Source: the human T2T-CHM13v2.0 reference genome, Homo sapiens
Length of the DNA stretch: 64,000 bases
Direction: 5' to 3' (one strand)
Assembly: GCF_009914755.1 (NCBI RefSeq)
Contig: NC_060925.1
Position 1 is the stretch's first letter, and each line of letters begins with the position of its first letter. The position numbers and the translations under genes are program-made. Below, in pieces: positions 1 through 15,391 of this stretch. Below the pieces are notes generated by a model. That model searched no databases and was not told the origin of the DNA. It worked only from the letters and a program-made list of their open reading frames with translations.

Positions 1-610
1 CTGAGCCCCAGGATTCTGTCCCCAATCATGGCTCCAGTAAGTTTTGTGGCTTCCTTTCTGGTATTGAACTTGAAAGATCAAGGACACAAAAATAGGATGA
101 TTTCATAGACTGAAAATATGCTATTGACAAGTATTTGTAATAGGTTTCCAGTCCAAAATGAATGTTCTCTCACTTGTAATATATATCCCATAACTAGAAA
201 TACAGTTTGAAACCATTGGATAAAATTATTTTTTTCCTAGGAGAAGCTAAAGAAGCATTCAAGATCCAATCAATAATTCTGTGTACGTACACTGGGAAAA
301 AACAAAACAAAACAAAACAAAACTTTTACTAGTGCAGGTGACTTGGAAGTTACTGTCACTCTTCCCTCCCCTCTAAAACCATCCTATACTGTGAGCTGGT
401 TAAAGTTTACCTTTCTGCAAGAGTAAGTGTTCTTACTAATAAATAACTCATTTATACTTCAGAGACAAAGCTAAAAGGATTTCAGTTCTGCAGGAATGAG
501 GTTTTCAGCCCCCATAAACCTTGCCTGGAGGTACATCGCTGCTTTTGTTTGAGGCTAGTTGGTCTACAGTGCCAATAGCAACATATGTGCATAGACAGCC
601 TGTGTTCTAG

Positions 611-992
<382 letters not shown>

Positions 993-1992
993 TAATCCTC
1001 ATTATATAAAAAGAAGAAACGAGCATAGAGTGGGAGGTAGGCGGATAAGCTGACTTGCCCAAGATCACCCTGTCGATTGATCTGACTTCATCTGCAACCA
1101 GCCACATAGCTTCTCCAAAGCAGGTCGCCAGACAAGGAAAAGTGATTGGGGGTTCAAATAAAACAAATGACTACTCATGCTATAGTTAGCACGATGTGCT
1201 GTTCTGAACTCTGCTGTGGAACACCTGTTGCACTTTTTATACTATTCACATACATTACCTGGAATACTCCAGTTTTCAACATTGTCTGCTTCAGTCCCTT
1301 AAACCATAGAAGTATCCAGACATGCCAATATCATGAGAACCAAACTATACCTTAAACTGTTTTTCCTGTTGAGGAATATGAAAGAACTCTTCATTGTAGC
1401 ACAGATCCCAATTTTTGGTGGAATATAGTCACCACAATTTTCATTGTCAATAAATATTGCTGGCTAATTCAGAGGTGACCTGTGGAAGCAACACGTGCTC
1501 TAAGAACTCCTGTTTCCACTGTCTGGTATTATTAGTGTGTCCTTACTTAGACTTAGCTCTCCCAGAGAGAGAGCCATCTCCTTCTCTCATTGCACAGTGA
1601 CTGTGCAATGGTGTTGACTTCTAGAGAAGAGTAGCCCAAGAGCTAAATATTAGAGGTCTTATTGCTTCCCTTAAGTGCATGGCAAGAGAAAGGAAAGCAA
1701 GGTGAGAAAAGGACTGACTTGCTTTGCCAATGGCCCAGGACTGGTGATTTTATAAGGTTTAGCACAAAAACCACTCTTTTGAACTAGATACTGTGTATAT
1801 CCTGTGTACTTCAAGTCACACCAGCATTCCCTACAACAGAGCTTAGGAATGCTATTTATCTTGTACTCAGGCCAACTGTGTGGCTCTCTACCGAACAGCT
1901 GGTTCCCCATCCACCTCTAGGACTATCTAGTTGATGTATAAACAATATTTTTGCCTCAAAAACGCTAACCCCATGGAAACTAACTGTTCATC

Positions 1993-1993
<1 letters not shown>

Positions 1994-2024
<31 letters not shown>

Positions 2025-2034
2025 TACACACACA
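1994..2034 (+). repeat. (CA)n microsatellite
   Basis: Direct observation. Confidence 0.95.
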
Positions 2035-2439
2035 CGAAGGAAAAGAAAGATGGGGTTAATTAGGTCAGAAGCAGGAGGAAAAGACAAAACAGGGGGAGCT
2101 TGGGGTTTGTAACTGAGATGTGGCATGCATTAGATTTGAAGTCAGGTTACTGAAGCCCCAGATTATGTTCCAAGGTCTAAACAGAACGTCCATTGAGTCT
2201 TTGATTCCTAAAGACATTTAGTGCCTTATAAAAGAGCTTAGCTATATCATTATTCCTGATTACCTTAGAAGTAAAACGATATTTTTAAAGTGTTTAGTAT
2301 TTGTATTCCTCTAGGCTGAATTAGTGAACCACAAGAGACCCAATTTATAGCCACAAAATGAGGATCCAGTGTGGGTCACTGTCTACACACTTCTTGGTAA
2401 ACACCAGTGTTTCACAATCTATTTTTCGTTATTTCTTTT

Positions 2440-2727
2440 TATCTTTTAAGAGACAGGGTCTCATTCTGTCACCCAGGCTGGAGTGCAGTGGTGCGATCAT
2501 AGCTCACTGCAGCCTTGAACTCCTGGGCTCAGGTGATTCTTCCTCCTAAGCCTCCCCAGTAGCTGGGATTATAGGTGCATGCCACTATACACAGCTAACT
2601 TGTTTATTTTGTTTTTGTAGAGACAGGATCTCACTGTTTTCCAGGCTGGTATGAACTCCTGGCCTCAAGCAATCCTCCTGCCTCAGCTTCTGAAAATGTT
2701 GAGATTACAGGTGTGAGCCACTGCACC
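2440..2727 (-). mobile_element. AluJ
   Basis: Alu consensus with J-type positions. Confidence 0.85.
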
Positions 2728-4769
2728 TTATTTTTTGTTAATTATATTACTACACACGTTCAGTTCTTTATGGATGAGACACTTCTTACCAGATAACCAA
2801 TCAGCTAGGGTTACCAAATTGGTAGTTATCATATCCTAAAATTTAGGCTATCATTTTTCTTGGATCAATGACTTTCTATCTCCTTCAGAGCCTTACTTTA
2901 CCCATCTACCCTAATCTCTTATAATCAGGAGAGCCCTGACTACATATAGACTGTGTATTTGTGTTTCTTCCCAAGATGGAAAAAGTATAACTATTACACA
3001 CATTGCTTTGTACATCAGCCAAGGAGGTGGTCTTACACATTCTAATAAAAGGGTTTGTGTATTCAACTTAATAGCTAAAACATTACCAATAATAATATAT
3101 ATGTGTACTCTTCCTTGATCAACCTGTTCCTTAAAGTTAGATTTTTAAACAAATCCCTTCTGGGTGCCAGCTTACTGCTAAATCAAGGCAAACAATTATT
3201 TCCAACATTTTGTTATCATAGTTTAAAGTAATTATTTGCTTTATTAGGATGGGAACTCTGGCTGTACCCTCTCACTCCCTGACCCCAGAATTAACACAGC
3301 ATTTATTTCACAATATTTGTGCAGGGTTTACTATTGAACCAGGGGGCACACCCATGAATAATACTGATTTCTCTTGGTGGTGACCCAGCCAAAGCATGTC
3401 AAAATGAGTACCTATCTATTCTAGTAAGATAATGGAGGAAAAGAGAAGCAAGTCATCAAGATAAAGGAACACAAACTACCATATTACCTTGAAAACAAAT
3501 CTAAGTATTTGTTGTGTGTGAACACATATCAGTGCTGATTGTACAAGAAACAAGGCTTTTGAGCTGGAAGGCAATTTCAAAGACAACACCTGTTTCAAAA
3601 TAGGGCAAAGAGTTCACAGCTGCATTTTGAAATTTCAGTCTGCACTTCTATTTCGGGATGTTATCCACATAGGCTTAGGAGATATAAAGAGGGAACAACA
3701 CAAGAAGACAGATGTGCATGAATCAAGAAATTCTATTTCCTATTTAAAATTCAGAAAAGATTGCTGCTACATACATTAGGATGTTAACTGGGTACACTGA
3801 TCACAGGGCTTCGATAACCCAAGTAAGTGGCAAGGTGTTGATACACTTGCAGAATATCAACTGAGCCTAGCCGACAGTATCTAAAAATGTCCTGAGCCTA
3901 GTCTGATAGTATCTAAAAATGAGATGGGGAGAGCAAGCATTCCACTACCTATGGAGGACAAACACTGCCCTCTACTGGCAGACTGTAACTGCTATACAGT
4001 CAACATGACGAACATTTTCCTCAACAGTCACTATCATGAGACATAATCAGAAAATAAAAGCTTTTAAATAATTTGAGGCTTTGTGTCTAGGGGTCACCAG
4101 GATTTTCAAGCAAACCGAAGTATTCAATGAGAAATCTCCTTACTCATTGAAGTTTCCGACTTTCCCCATTAAATCTTTGATGTAACTCATTGGACTGGTT
4201 CAAGTATCACTGTTACTGGGAGATGTGAGAGAACAGCAAAATGCTCAAAAGCTCAATACCAGGAAGAAGGCTTAAGGGACCCATGTATACCAAAGGGAGC
4301 TGGCTTTAGAACGAACAACTGTGATAACTTAAAGCACACAGCACTGATTCAAACCCTTGTTGTACTACATACTAGCTACATCAGGTACCACATAAAACCT
4401 CATCTTACCTGAACCAGGTTATTCTTTACAATATTGGAAGAACAAACACTTGCCGATCTCACAGTTGTTGGAAAAATTAAATGAGGTAATATGTGTTGCA
4501 CAACTACAGTGTAGTACTGTATACCGATGTTCATGGATAGGAGTCTAGGTAGCTCCAAGTGTGTTTTAACCTCTCTTCATCTGTTTATCCACTTGTTGGT
4601 TTTTGAAATCCTTTAAATCAGACTGCATTTCTTCAGCACTGTCCTGAAACATAAAATTGTCTATGTTATCCATAAAATACTTAAGGATTATGAGGAAAAG
4701 TAGATGGTTAATGCTCATCCAAATTCAACTTTAACCTGAGACAACTCATTATATTAAGAAATAAATGTA

Positions 4770-5217
<448 letters not shown>

Positions 5218-5506
5218 TTTAAAAAGTTAGCTAGTCACTGACGGATAACAGGATGCACAAAGCATTTAATTTCAAAGCCAAATTTGCATTTCAATTATAG
5301 TATTTGGCTGACAAGGCAAGTATGTAAACAAGAGGAAAAGTTAAAAAGAAAAAAGCCCTAATAGCTACAATATCAGCCCAGTTCTAAAGAGGGATCTTGT
5401 ACCACATTGTCCACCTAACAAGTAATCTTTAATTCAAAATTCAGCGTAGTTCTTATGGGTATTTGGAATTGAATGCAAGTGTGTTCTGTGAGTATAAACA
5501 TTATCT

Positions 5507-5512
5507 TTTATT
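5507..5512 (-). terminator. Distal poly(A) signal AATAAA of NUCKS1
   Basis: tttatt on the plus strand. Confidence 0.6.
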
Positions 5513-5741
5513 ATATATGATTGTTAAACTTTGCTTTCCACAACACTTCATAACCTTGGATGTAAACATGAGAAAAAATGCTAATTAAGAATCCTTACGC
5601 ACCCAGTCCAGTGCTCCCTTAATTAATCAAACTGGTAAGTCTACTGCTTCTTGATTCCATCCTGAGGTATTAACTTTTGAACCAAGACATGTTTATCTTT
5701 TACCAACAACAGGGATGGTCACTGTTAAAGTTTCTAAATAA

Positions 5742-5747
5742 TTTATT
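5742..5747 (-). terminator. Poly(A) signal AATAAA with GU-rich downstream element
   Basis: tttatt on plus; downstream on minus reads CCCTGTTGTTGGT. Confidence 0.7.
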
Positions 5748-8700
5748 AGGGAAATAAGTTCCCACAAAGTCAGGCTGAACTGGGAGCTGATTAACAAAGC
5801 TGTGTAAGTTAGTGTGTTTGCTTTAAGGTATTACAAGAAGTACACAGAGCACACATCTGGGTTATAAAAGCCCTTTTATAAAGCCATTTTTAAACAAAAC
5901 AAAAAAAAAGTTTACAAAAGAAAAAAAGATACAGAAAAAGAATAACTTGCTTCATATGTCCCAAAAAGAGAAAAAAATAAAGGGGACAATGCCAACATGC
6001 TCAACAATAAAGGCTTCTTTTTCTTATTTTTTTAATACAAAATACAAGCAAAGGATACACATACTTAAAACAGAGCTCAGGAGCAGACACGCAGTCCTGG
6101 AAACCCTTCAATAAAAGCAAAGCAGGAGTTTGTTTTTTCTTTGTCTATGCAGATACATACAGAGACTGGGATATGTAAAAATTAAGTATCACAAAAGACC
6201 ATCACACGATTCTACCAATGCATGTTGCATCTGTAATTCACGAACATGGTCAACAAAATCATGTTCACTTCAACCCCATTTCATTTAAATTAAAGAAAAA
6301 AACCTTTTAAATAAAGTGGTTACATTCAAACTTTAACTTCCTTAGTACCATGCTGCAGATTTCAGCACTGTTAAGGTATTGCAAGAATGCCCAACCCTCT
6401 GGTGTCTGATCATGTATCTAGCAACATTGCAGTATGAAGAAAAGAGATGCCCCGGTCTCAGCCCATGGACTAGTTAATACAGTGAAGCAGGTTCCTGTCT
6501 TTTACCCTTCCTGCTCAGAACATAAAAGATTAAGGACTAAAATCAAGGAAGACTGGGAGTTTTAGAGCTGGCAAAATGAAGTCTAAAAGATAAATCAAGG
6601 CAAACAATTACTGAGAACTTGGCTGTTGCTTAACCTGGCAAGTCTAAAAGCCTTTCTTTAACCTTGTAGGAATTAGATGCATAAGGTTTGCTGCAACATG
6701 TTCATGGTAAACAAACTAAGTAGAGCTCTTATTTACAAATCTTGTAACAAATACTTCTGGAGGAAAAAGAGAAAAGAATTCACTAAGTTCCAGAAGACAA
6801 AGCTTTAATTGCCAGACGTATACAAACACACACTCACACGTACACACCCACACAATACTTCAGGGGTTTTTATACATGTTATTTTAGGGCATAAGCTGAG
6901 TACTATACCCCCACACCCCATCAAAAAAGGAACAACAAAAAAATCCCAATTTTACCCTCCCCCAATAATCTAGAAAACCCTCCCTTCACCCCTGATGTAC
7001 AAAGTGTATGCACAACGGTGGCATTCTACCAGCCACACAAAGCATGCTCAAACAGATGTCACCAGTTCAGTCACTCCATTGGCATGGCAACAGGCAGGTT
7101 TACGGGATGTTTCCCAATAGTGGTTATTACACAGTCAGCACCACTGTGAATTTTGTGAATTTGAAAAAAAAAAGTGTAATTTATGGATTCAGGATTCAAA
7201 AAGAATCATTTTGTATCGAATTTACCCCAGACAAAGGGAAAACTGGTTGCGACTGAAACTTGGCTATAGATAGCTTGATGTCCCAATATTCAAACAATAA
7301 GCCAACTCTCCATTTTCAAGTAAATCCAGCTTCATCCACAGAGAAACAGACAATTTTCTAACCTCAAGAGCAACCAGCTTGTTACATTTTCCCTATCCTA
7401 TGGCAGGAAATGCGTATTACTTCTGTTCTGTTTAAGCATCTCAGTCTAAATGCCATGAAGACCAGAGCCCAGGTTTCTTCCTTTTCAAATTCTTAAGGTG
7501 AAAGTTTTTTCCTTTCAGTGCAGCTACCAATGATGCAGGCAAAGAACTGTTCAAGCCAGCACTCATTCTTCAAAGCTGCAACAGTGGCCACCATGATCTT
7601 TTACAAAGCTTTCCCCGTTGCTCCTGATATTTATTTCTGCTTTTGCCTAACGCTCTCAAAGCATCTCGTAAACTGAAGTTTAAAGAAAAGCACGATTCCC
7701 ATCCCCAACCAGTACTTGAAAATCCACTTATCTGAATGTTCACAGATAAAAAAGCCATTAAAAAAAAGAGTCAAGTTTAGTCTAGCTGACCATATTCACA
7801 AGTGTTAAAAACTTTACTGGAGTATAACCTCAAATTTCACTCTTGATTTGTTATCTGTAAGAAAATGCTATTTGAGCCAGTACCAAATTAAGTATTAAAA
7901 TGAGGATTGAACTGGGGCAAACAGGTTATTGTGAAAACAGTCAATATGTAAGCTCCTTCAAGGGAAATCAACTACTGTTCCTCAAGATTAGAAGATGTCC
8001 ACACTCTTTGCATTACCTCCCTAAAGGAGGAAACACCCATTAATTTTCCCTTATGGAATCAATATGGAGTGGAAATATGAAATGAGGAGATGTTTTAGAA
8101 AGCAGGACAAATCTACCTACCATTACTGGAATTAAAATGTATCCTCTGGGCCCACTCCATTGATTCCGATCTGAGGTGAGGAGGACTAAAAGCAGCAGCA
8201 GGTTACAGAAAGACTGAATAAGATGAAAGTATGCTACGTATGTCTAGCTGGGGAAGGGGGGATCTGGAAAAAAAATCTTAAGAACTAGAATGTAGTGTCA
8301 GTCAGCATAGCTGCTGAAATCTACGTTGTAGAGGTAAACCTAGCAGAGCTAATACAAACAAGCACCTTCAAAGTTAACGTCCCACTTCCTGAGCACTGCA
8401 AAATACGACAGTGAATGCTATTGCCATTTCACCATAGGCACACTAGAGAAAAAGAGGAAGGTTAGTCAAGGATGGTGCCAATGGCCAGTCAGTATCGGCT
8501 TACAGCTTGTAATGCGTCCTGACATCACTATCAAGCCTGACTATTGAGCACCTGTATCCAGTTGAGTCACCACCACTGTCCTCCTATTTGCATGCATGAT
8601 TTGAGGGGAAGACTAGAGTGTTTTAAATCATCAATAAAAAGTGGAGAAAACAAAGGTTATTCAGAGCCTGTCTCACTTGGGGACACAGATCCTTCTGTCC

Positions 8701-9392
8701 AGTCTATCAGAAATATAGAATACATTTTTCAATCTAATGAATTAATTTTAAAAGGGACCCTAAACAAGAAGCCCAATCAAATGCACACAAGTAATCTAGA
8801 AGACATGATTACCTCTAAAATATGTGCATATATCACAGAGATGTTAGTGCAGATTAATATATTAAAGAGACTGTTAAACAACTGAGGCCGAAGTTTTAAA
8901 AGAGCCCTCCCCCCAAATCTTCACGAAACATAACCTAAGAAAAGCCCAAATGTTACTAGGAATGTAAGACTTAAAATTATAAACTCCTAAAAAATAGAAG
9001 TGCATGGTGGAAACACTGATAGGTCTTTTACTATATGAACACAAACTTCTTTGTTAAAAATGGATACCTGAACAAACCCATTTAGGCAAATAGATTAATC
9101 TTTAACACCCTCATTACAAAGTTCACACCTCTGAATTTAACCGTCATGAAAGAGAATGATCCAACTGCTATTTATGTTCAAGTCCTGTATTTTTGGCCAT
9201 GTAACTGAAAACTCCTTATTCATTCTTTAACACACAGTGCAATAGTGAAATGACTCTGCCACTGTGTGTTTTTTAAAAAAAGATCAGAGTAAGCATGTTC
9301 CTAGTAAACCACAAAGTAGGATATTGAGGAAGCAAATCTAGATTAAAAGGCAGGAAAAAAAGGCAGAAGTTTAAATTTCACTAATTTTTCAA

Positions 9393-9398
9393 TTTATT
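9393..9398 (-). terminator. Proximal alternative poly(A) signal AATAAA
   Basis: tttatt on plus, followed on minus by a U-rich tract (CCTTTTTTTCC). Confidence 0.5.
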
Positions 9399-9974
9399 AG
9401 CATACCAGGACCCTTTAAACCTTGTTCCCATTAGCGCCTGGTATTAGATGTGAAGGATCAAACCTACGGATCTATCTCCTGACTGCTTTTATAAGGCGTG
9501 TAAAAGTCGGTTTTCAACTGCACACAGGCCTCCTAAAATGCCTTGTTTCTCTAGTCCCTCCTGCTTTAAGCAGCATGAGCAGTAAAGCAGGGGTTGGACC
9601 AAATAAAAAGACAAGAGCTAACTGAATTGTATGGGAGCAGCATTTAACATATTCCTAGTCAAGGACAGGATGGGAAGTAAGTGAAGAATAGGGCCAGGAA
9701 AATAGTGTCCTATAGCAGAGGTGGTTGGCACTCGGGGTAGGGTGTGCAGTGGTGCTCTACGAAGCAGCAGGATCACAGGGATGTACTTCTTATCACATTT
9801 CCATGAAGAAATGGGAAGATCGGGATATGAAAAAGAAAATGTTCTATCCCCAAATAAAAGCAGAGCATGGTTAATGGGACCTGAATGCACATTTATAGCA
9901 TAAAAGAATGTCAATTCTATTTCATAAAGGAAAAATCTCAACTCTTTGTGACTGAGTTTCACATTAACTGGAAC

Positions 9975-9980
9975 TTTATT
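9975..9980 (-). terminator. Proximal alternative poly(A) signal AATAAA
   Basis: tttatt on plus; U-rich downstream on minus (GATTTTTCCTTT). Confidence 0.55.
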
Positions 9981-10944
9981 TGCTTAAAACCTAAACATTG
10001 TCAGTTTGAAAAGAAATCCACTGTGACCTGTAGACTGATCTTGTTGATTAAATTCTAGGGTTTTTTTTTTTTTGGATTCTTGGTAAAATTTTATCCAAAA
10101 AACAGGATACATATATATTTAGAGAAGGAAATATGAAATCAAGAGTTTTGGCAGCCCCTGCTTTTTTTTTTTTTTTAGCTCCCTAAAGACTGTAGCAGGA
10201 TAAAAGGATCACTGGCTCCGAGTCTCTTTGAGATAACAAGTGATGAAATAAAAAAGAAAGCCCATACCCTCAAATAAGGTCAGGTAACCCCATTGCCCAC
10301 CCTCCCTACAAGGTAAAAAATGAGTACTTTTAGTAACAGTTCAGAATTCATCTTTATCTCCTACCTGCCTCATCGGTGGAAGTTTAAAGTCATGATTTTT
10401 TTTAGACATTGATACTTGTGTCTATAGACAAATAAACTCATATTAGATGACAATTGATTTTTTAAAAGTCCAGGTAGAGAAAGGAGCAATCATTTTGAAC
10501 TAAAATCTTTCTATGTTTTTTGATTACTATTCAACTTGCTATTTTTTAGCAAAAAGCGAAGTTTCAATAGTGTTCATCTCAAATCTTATTGCTTTACAAC
10601 CGTGGTACACCTTTCATTAAAAATAAAAAGATGAAGCAGTCAATCCAGTGATTAATTTGACATGGCTTTCATTGGGAAAGGGGAGGGCTGGCAAAGAGAC
10701 CAATAGACAAAAAGGTAACTTAAACACTTACACATACAATGGTTTGCTTTAAAAAAAAAAAAAAAAAAAGAGAGAGAGAGAGAAATGTTACTTTCAACAA
10801 ATGGAAAAAAGCACTGAAAGCCCATGAGTCAAGCCATAGCCAAAACCATGTTCTATCTTAAGTAGGTTCTTTTTTTTCCTCCCTCTTTTTTCTTTTTTTT
10901 TCTTTTTTTTTTTAATAAAATCTCTCCCCAGACCATCATCACTT

Positions 10945-11144
10945 TTAATCCTCCCCAGAAGGGGCTTCATCTTCAGACCCTTCATCCCCAGATTTCTCGG
11001 GTGGGGGGCTTGTAGATGTTTTCTTTTCTGGCGGGCTTTCCGGTTCCTCATCTTCTTCTTTGGGAGAAGGAGTCTTTTCCTTTGATGCCTTTGAAGCTGT
11101 GGGGCGACCCACTTTCCCTTTGCCTTTCACTGGACTTGGCGTCA
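10945..11144 (-). CDS. NUCKS1: NUCKS1 exon 7 coding part ([19 protein letters not shown]...EAPSGED*), with the GRP AT-hook-like motif
   Basis: ttttcag|TGACGCCA...GATTAA; stop at 10947-10945; matches track ORF 10945..11145. Confidence 0.97.
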
Positions 11145-12191
11145 CTGAAAATAGAAAAATAATTTGGGGAAGGGAAGAGAAAAAAATGTCTTTAATAAAA
11201 GTCAGCTACAAAATACAACAATCTGTAAGAATAAAATCTATAAAGACAATATGCAACTTACTAAAAACCAAGGTGGGCACAAGGGAGCACATATATCCCT
11301 AGGTAAATCTATCTCAGTTTCTAAACTGGTCATAAGTTACTACACTATGCTACAGTATTTCCCATCAGTTTTTACCAACACTCTATGATGTTAGCAGTAA
11401 TACCTGTAATGAAGAAGCACCATGCTATAGAATATGCACAACATCCTTAATTGCTTGGTAAACTAACAGTTGTTTATGATAAAAGTTGTTTATAAAAAGC
11501 AGGTCAAAAAGACGGAAGGAAAAGAATTAATCTGATCAGAAACTAAAGCCATCAAATAACATTTGATAGTTCCATCATTCCTAACAGTAGGAAGTGATAA
11601 ACAGAAGCTTAACAATGACTAGTTCTACCTAACAGAATAAAACCACCTACACAAAAAGCAAATTGATTTCTGATTTAGTTAACAAACTAGCTCCAACGAG
11701 GAGAAACCATTAGGGCTCAGAAAAAAATCAACTCATGTCATCAAGTGTGGTTTTATTCTGATAGCACAGAGGATGGGGTAGAGTTCAGAACGTGGAACTT
11801 AAACGTATTACTCTAGGTTTGTGCATTTTCACAATTAAGTCTTTGCTGGCTGCTGAGACTGTGATACCAGTGAGGAAAAAAGAGCAGTAACAACTATGAT
11901 GACACAGTGTTTCTACCACTGTGTCTGAAACAAATAGATCATTCTGAAATCTTGCTCAAGTACTGGCAGTAGTTGAAGAACATGGCTAAGCCCACTAGAC
12001 TCTTAAACAGGCTAGTGTCTTTATTAATAAGAGATACTTCCAGTTGCAGAATACAAGACCCTTTTAGATTTCTTGTATTCCTGCTAAACATCAGGCCAAT
12101 GCCAAATCCTAATGAGGAATTTCTGTATTGAAAATAATGATTCTCAAAATTTTTAAAGCAGTAAATTTAATTTCACTTCTGCAGAAATTAC

Positions 12192-12341
12192 CTGTAGCCT
12201 TTAGTCTGGGTTTGGGCATTTTCTTTTCTTTTCTTTCAGGTTTGGACTTCTTAACCATCTTTTTGTTTTTCTTTTTCGAACTGCCATAGTCACTATCGTC
12301 ATCATCTTCCATTAGGAAATCTTCATCGCTGCCGGAATCTT
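12192..12341 (-). CDS. NUCKS1: NUCKS1 exon 6 (150 nt; [50 protein letters not shown])
   Basis: ttctcag|AAGATTCC...GCTACAG|gtaatt; matches track ORF 12109..12312. Confidence 0.96.
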
Positions 12342-13165
12342 CTGAGAAGAAAGAAGAATTTCAACATCTAACTTAATGTACACATCCTTCCAAGTAAAAA
12401 AGGAAGAGAGTGCTAAGAATGACTAGAGGATGGGATTTGGGAGTCAAACACCCTTGGATTCTATTTGGAGCTGTACTACCAATTTGACTGGAGTCATCAC
12501 TGGCCTCATTTGTCAAATGGATTTTGCATGCACCTTACATGAGAGAGTTACATGAGTGATGTGTTTGAAAAGTAGATTGAAAACAGGAAGGGTAAGAGTT
12601 AATCTGAATAAAAACTGAAACTATCAAATAACTTTTGGTAGTTCCATCACTTCCAAGTAGTACTGGTTGAGACCAGGGAAACAAAACTGAACTGACAGGG
12701 CCTTTTTGGTCCAATTATGAATAAGTGAAACAAGAAAACCAAACACAAAACAAAAATACATAGAATTAACTAATCTGAATAACCTGTGAAACACCTAAAT
12801 TTTATTATTAACATGTTTTTTTCTGTGAAAAGAGGTCTACAACCTCCTCCACCAGGGCAAAATACAAATCTCAATCACAATGCCTAATGTGACTGTTACT
12901 TAAGCAAATTGTTCATTCAGTGTTTGAACACAGACATCATTAAATAAAGGGTGCAACCATTACAAATGGTGGGCAATCGTGAGAATCTCTGAACCTTTAA
13001 AAATATTAACAGGAACCAATACAGTCATCTCTTTTAACACGGAGTATCTACCCAATTTAAGGGACTGGTTGTAACATTTAGCATCCTAGAAAATGCCAAA
13101 GTAACCAAGGTCACAAACTACAATTATGACCAAACAACCAAAGTACACAAAACAACTTCACATAC

Positions 13166-13318
13166 TCTCCTGGAATGGTGCCTCATCCTCCTCTTCTTGT
13201 TCTTCCTCACTGCCCACATCTTCCATGAGCATCTCTCTCTGTTTAGAAGCTGCTTTAGATGCCGCCTGCCGTTGTTGGCGCACATTTTTATGATCTTCTT
13301 TTTCATCTTCACTATCCT
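13166..13318 (-). CDS. NUCKS1: NUCKS1 exon 5 (153 nt; [51 protein letters not shown])
   Basis: attgcag|AGGATAGT...CAGGAGA|gtatgt; phase 1-1. Confidence 0.96.
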
Positions 13319-13510
13319 CTGCAATATCAGAATTACCATGATATAATGATTAAAGAATTTTATATTTGACAAGATAGTGCAAAAGATTAATAATTGACTG
13401 AAAACATAACTGACTGAAAAGGCCAACACAGTGGCCAATATAGGATATAATCTGCAGCTTTATTTCATTGTAAAAGGGCAAATTCTATCCTTCAACATTT
13501 CTGCAAAATG

Positions 13511-13955
13511 ATGGAATCAACTCAAATGCCCATCAATGATAGACTGGATAAAGAAAATGTGGTACATACACACCATGGAATACTATGCAGCCATAAAAAG
13601 GGAAGGAGATCATGCTCTTTGCAGGGACATGGATGGAGCTGGAGGCCATTATCCTCAGCAAACTAATGCAGGCACAAAAGACCAAACACTGCCATGTTCT
13701 CGCTTATAAGTGGGAGCTGAACAATGAGAACACATGGACACAGGGAGGGGAACAACACACACTGGGGCCTGTGGCGAGGGAGGGGGCAGGGTGGGGGGAT
13801 GGAGAGGGAGAGCATTAAAAATTAGCTAATGCATGCTGGGCTTAATACCTAGGTGATGGGTTGATGGGTGCAGCAAATCACCATGGCACACATTTACGTA
13901 TGTAACAAACCTGCACATCCTGCACATGTATCCCACAACATAAAAAAAAAAAAAA
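13511..13955 (+). mobile_element. 5'-truncated L1PA 3' end, antisense in NUCKS1 intron 4
   Basis: L1 ORF2 end and 3'UTR (gactggataaagaaaatgtgg...gcacatgtatccc), A tail, TSD ttct(g/a)caaaatg at 13499 and 13956. Confidence 0.92.
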
Positions 13956-14341
13956 TTCTACAAAATGTATAAAGGGGACCTAAATTCACAAAGAATGAAC
14001 TTGGACAAGACTATGTAACCACTATTACATATAAAGTAACAAGGGAATGTAATTTTAAGCAGTAGACAAGCTGAATTAAAGCGTGAATACATGACTCCTA
14101 TACTTTAAAGTTACATCATTGCTTTGCTCTACAATTCTCAATTACATTCAAATCTATGTTCACTGTTTTTGAAAGCTAAAGTTAGAAAAATATCTTAACA
14201 TAGTATGAGAGAGAAAGAATGTCTTCCAATAATCTTTATTCTAAGACATAAAACACGAAAACCCTAAAATAATGTCAAACTGTTACCCTTTACAATGAAT
14301 GGCTTGTGACCATTTCAATTTAGAGGGGATTGTGGAAAACC

Positions 14342-15391
<1,050 letters not shown>

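Larger units (their letters stand above)
5490..10944 (-). other. NUCKS1: NUCKS1 long 3'UTR (~5.4 kb), no Alu/L1 seen
   Basis: Continuous from the stop codon to the distal AATAAA signals. No Alu or L1 recognisable in 5230-13500 although the flanks are Alu-dense. Confidence 0.85.

Noticed and set aside
10794-11051. 85-aa alternative-frame ORF over NUCKS1 exon 7
   Set aside because: A by-product of purine-rich codons and the A-rich UTR start; no independent initiation route.
11522-11585. Possible C/D snoRNA (ATGATGG...CTGA on minus)
   Set aside because: Imperfect C box, boxes only ~40 nt apart, and the paralogous copy lacks the D box.
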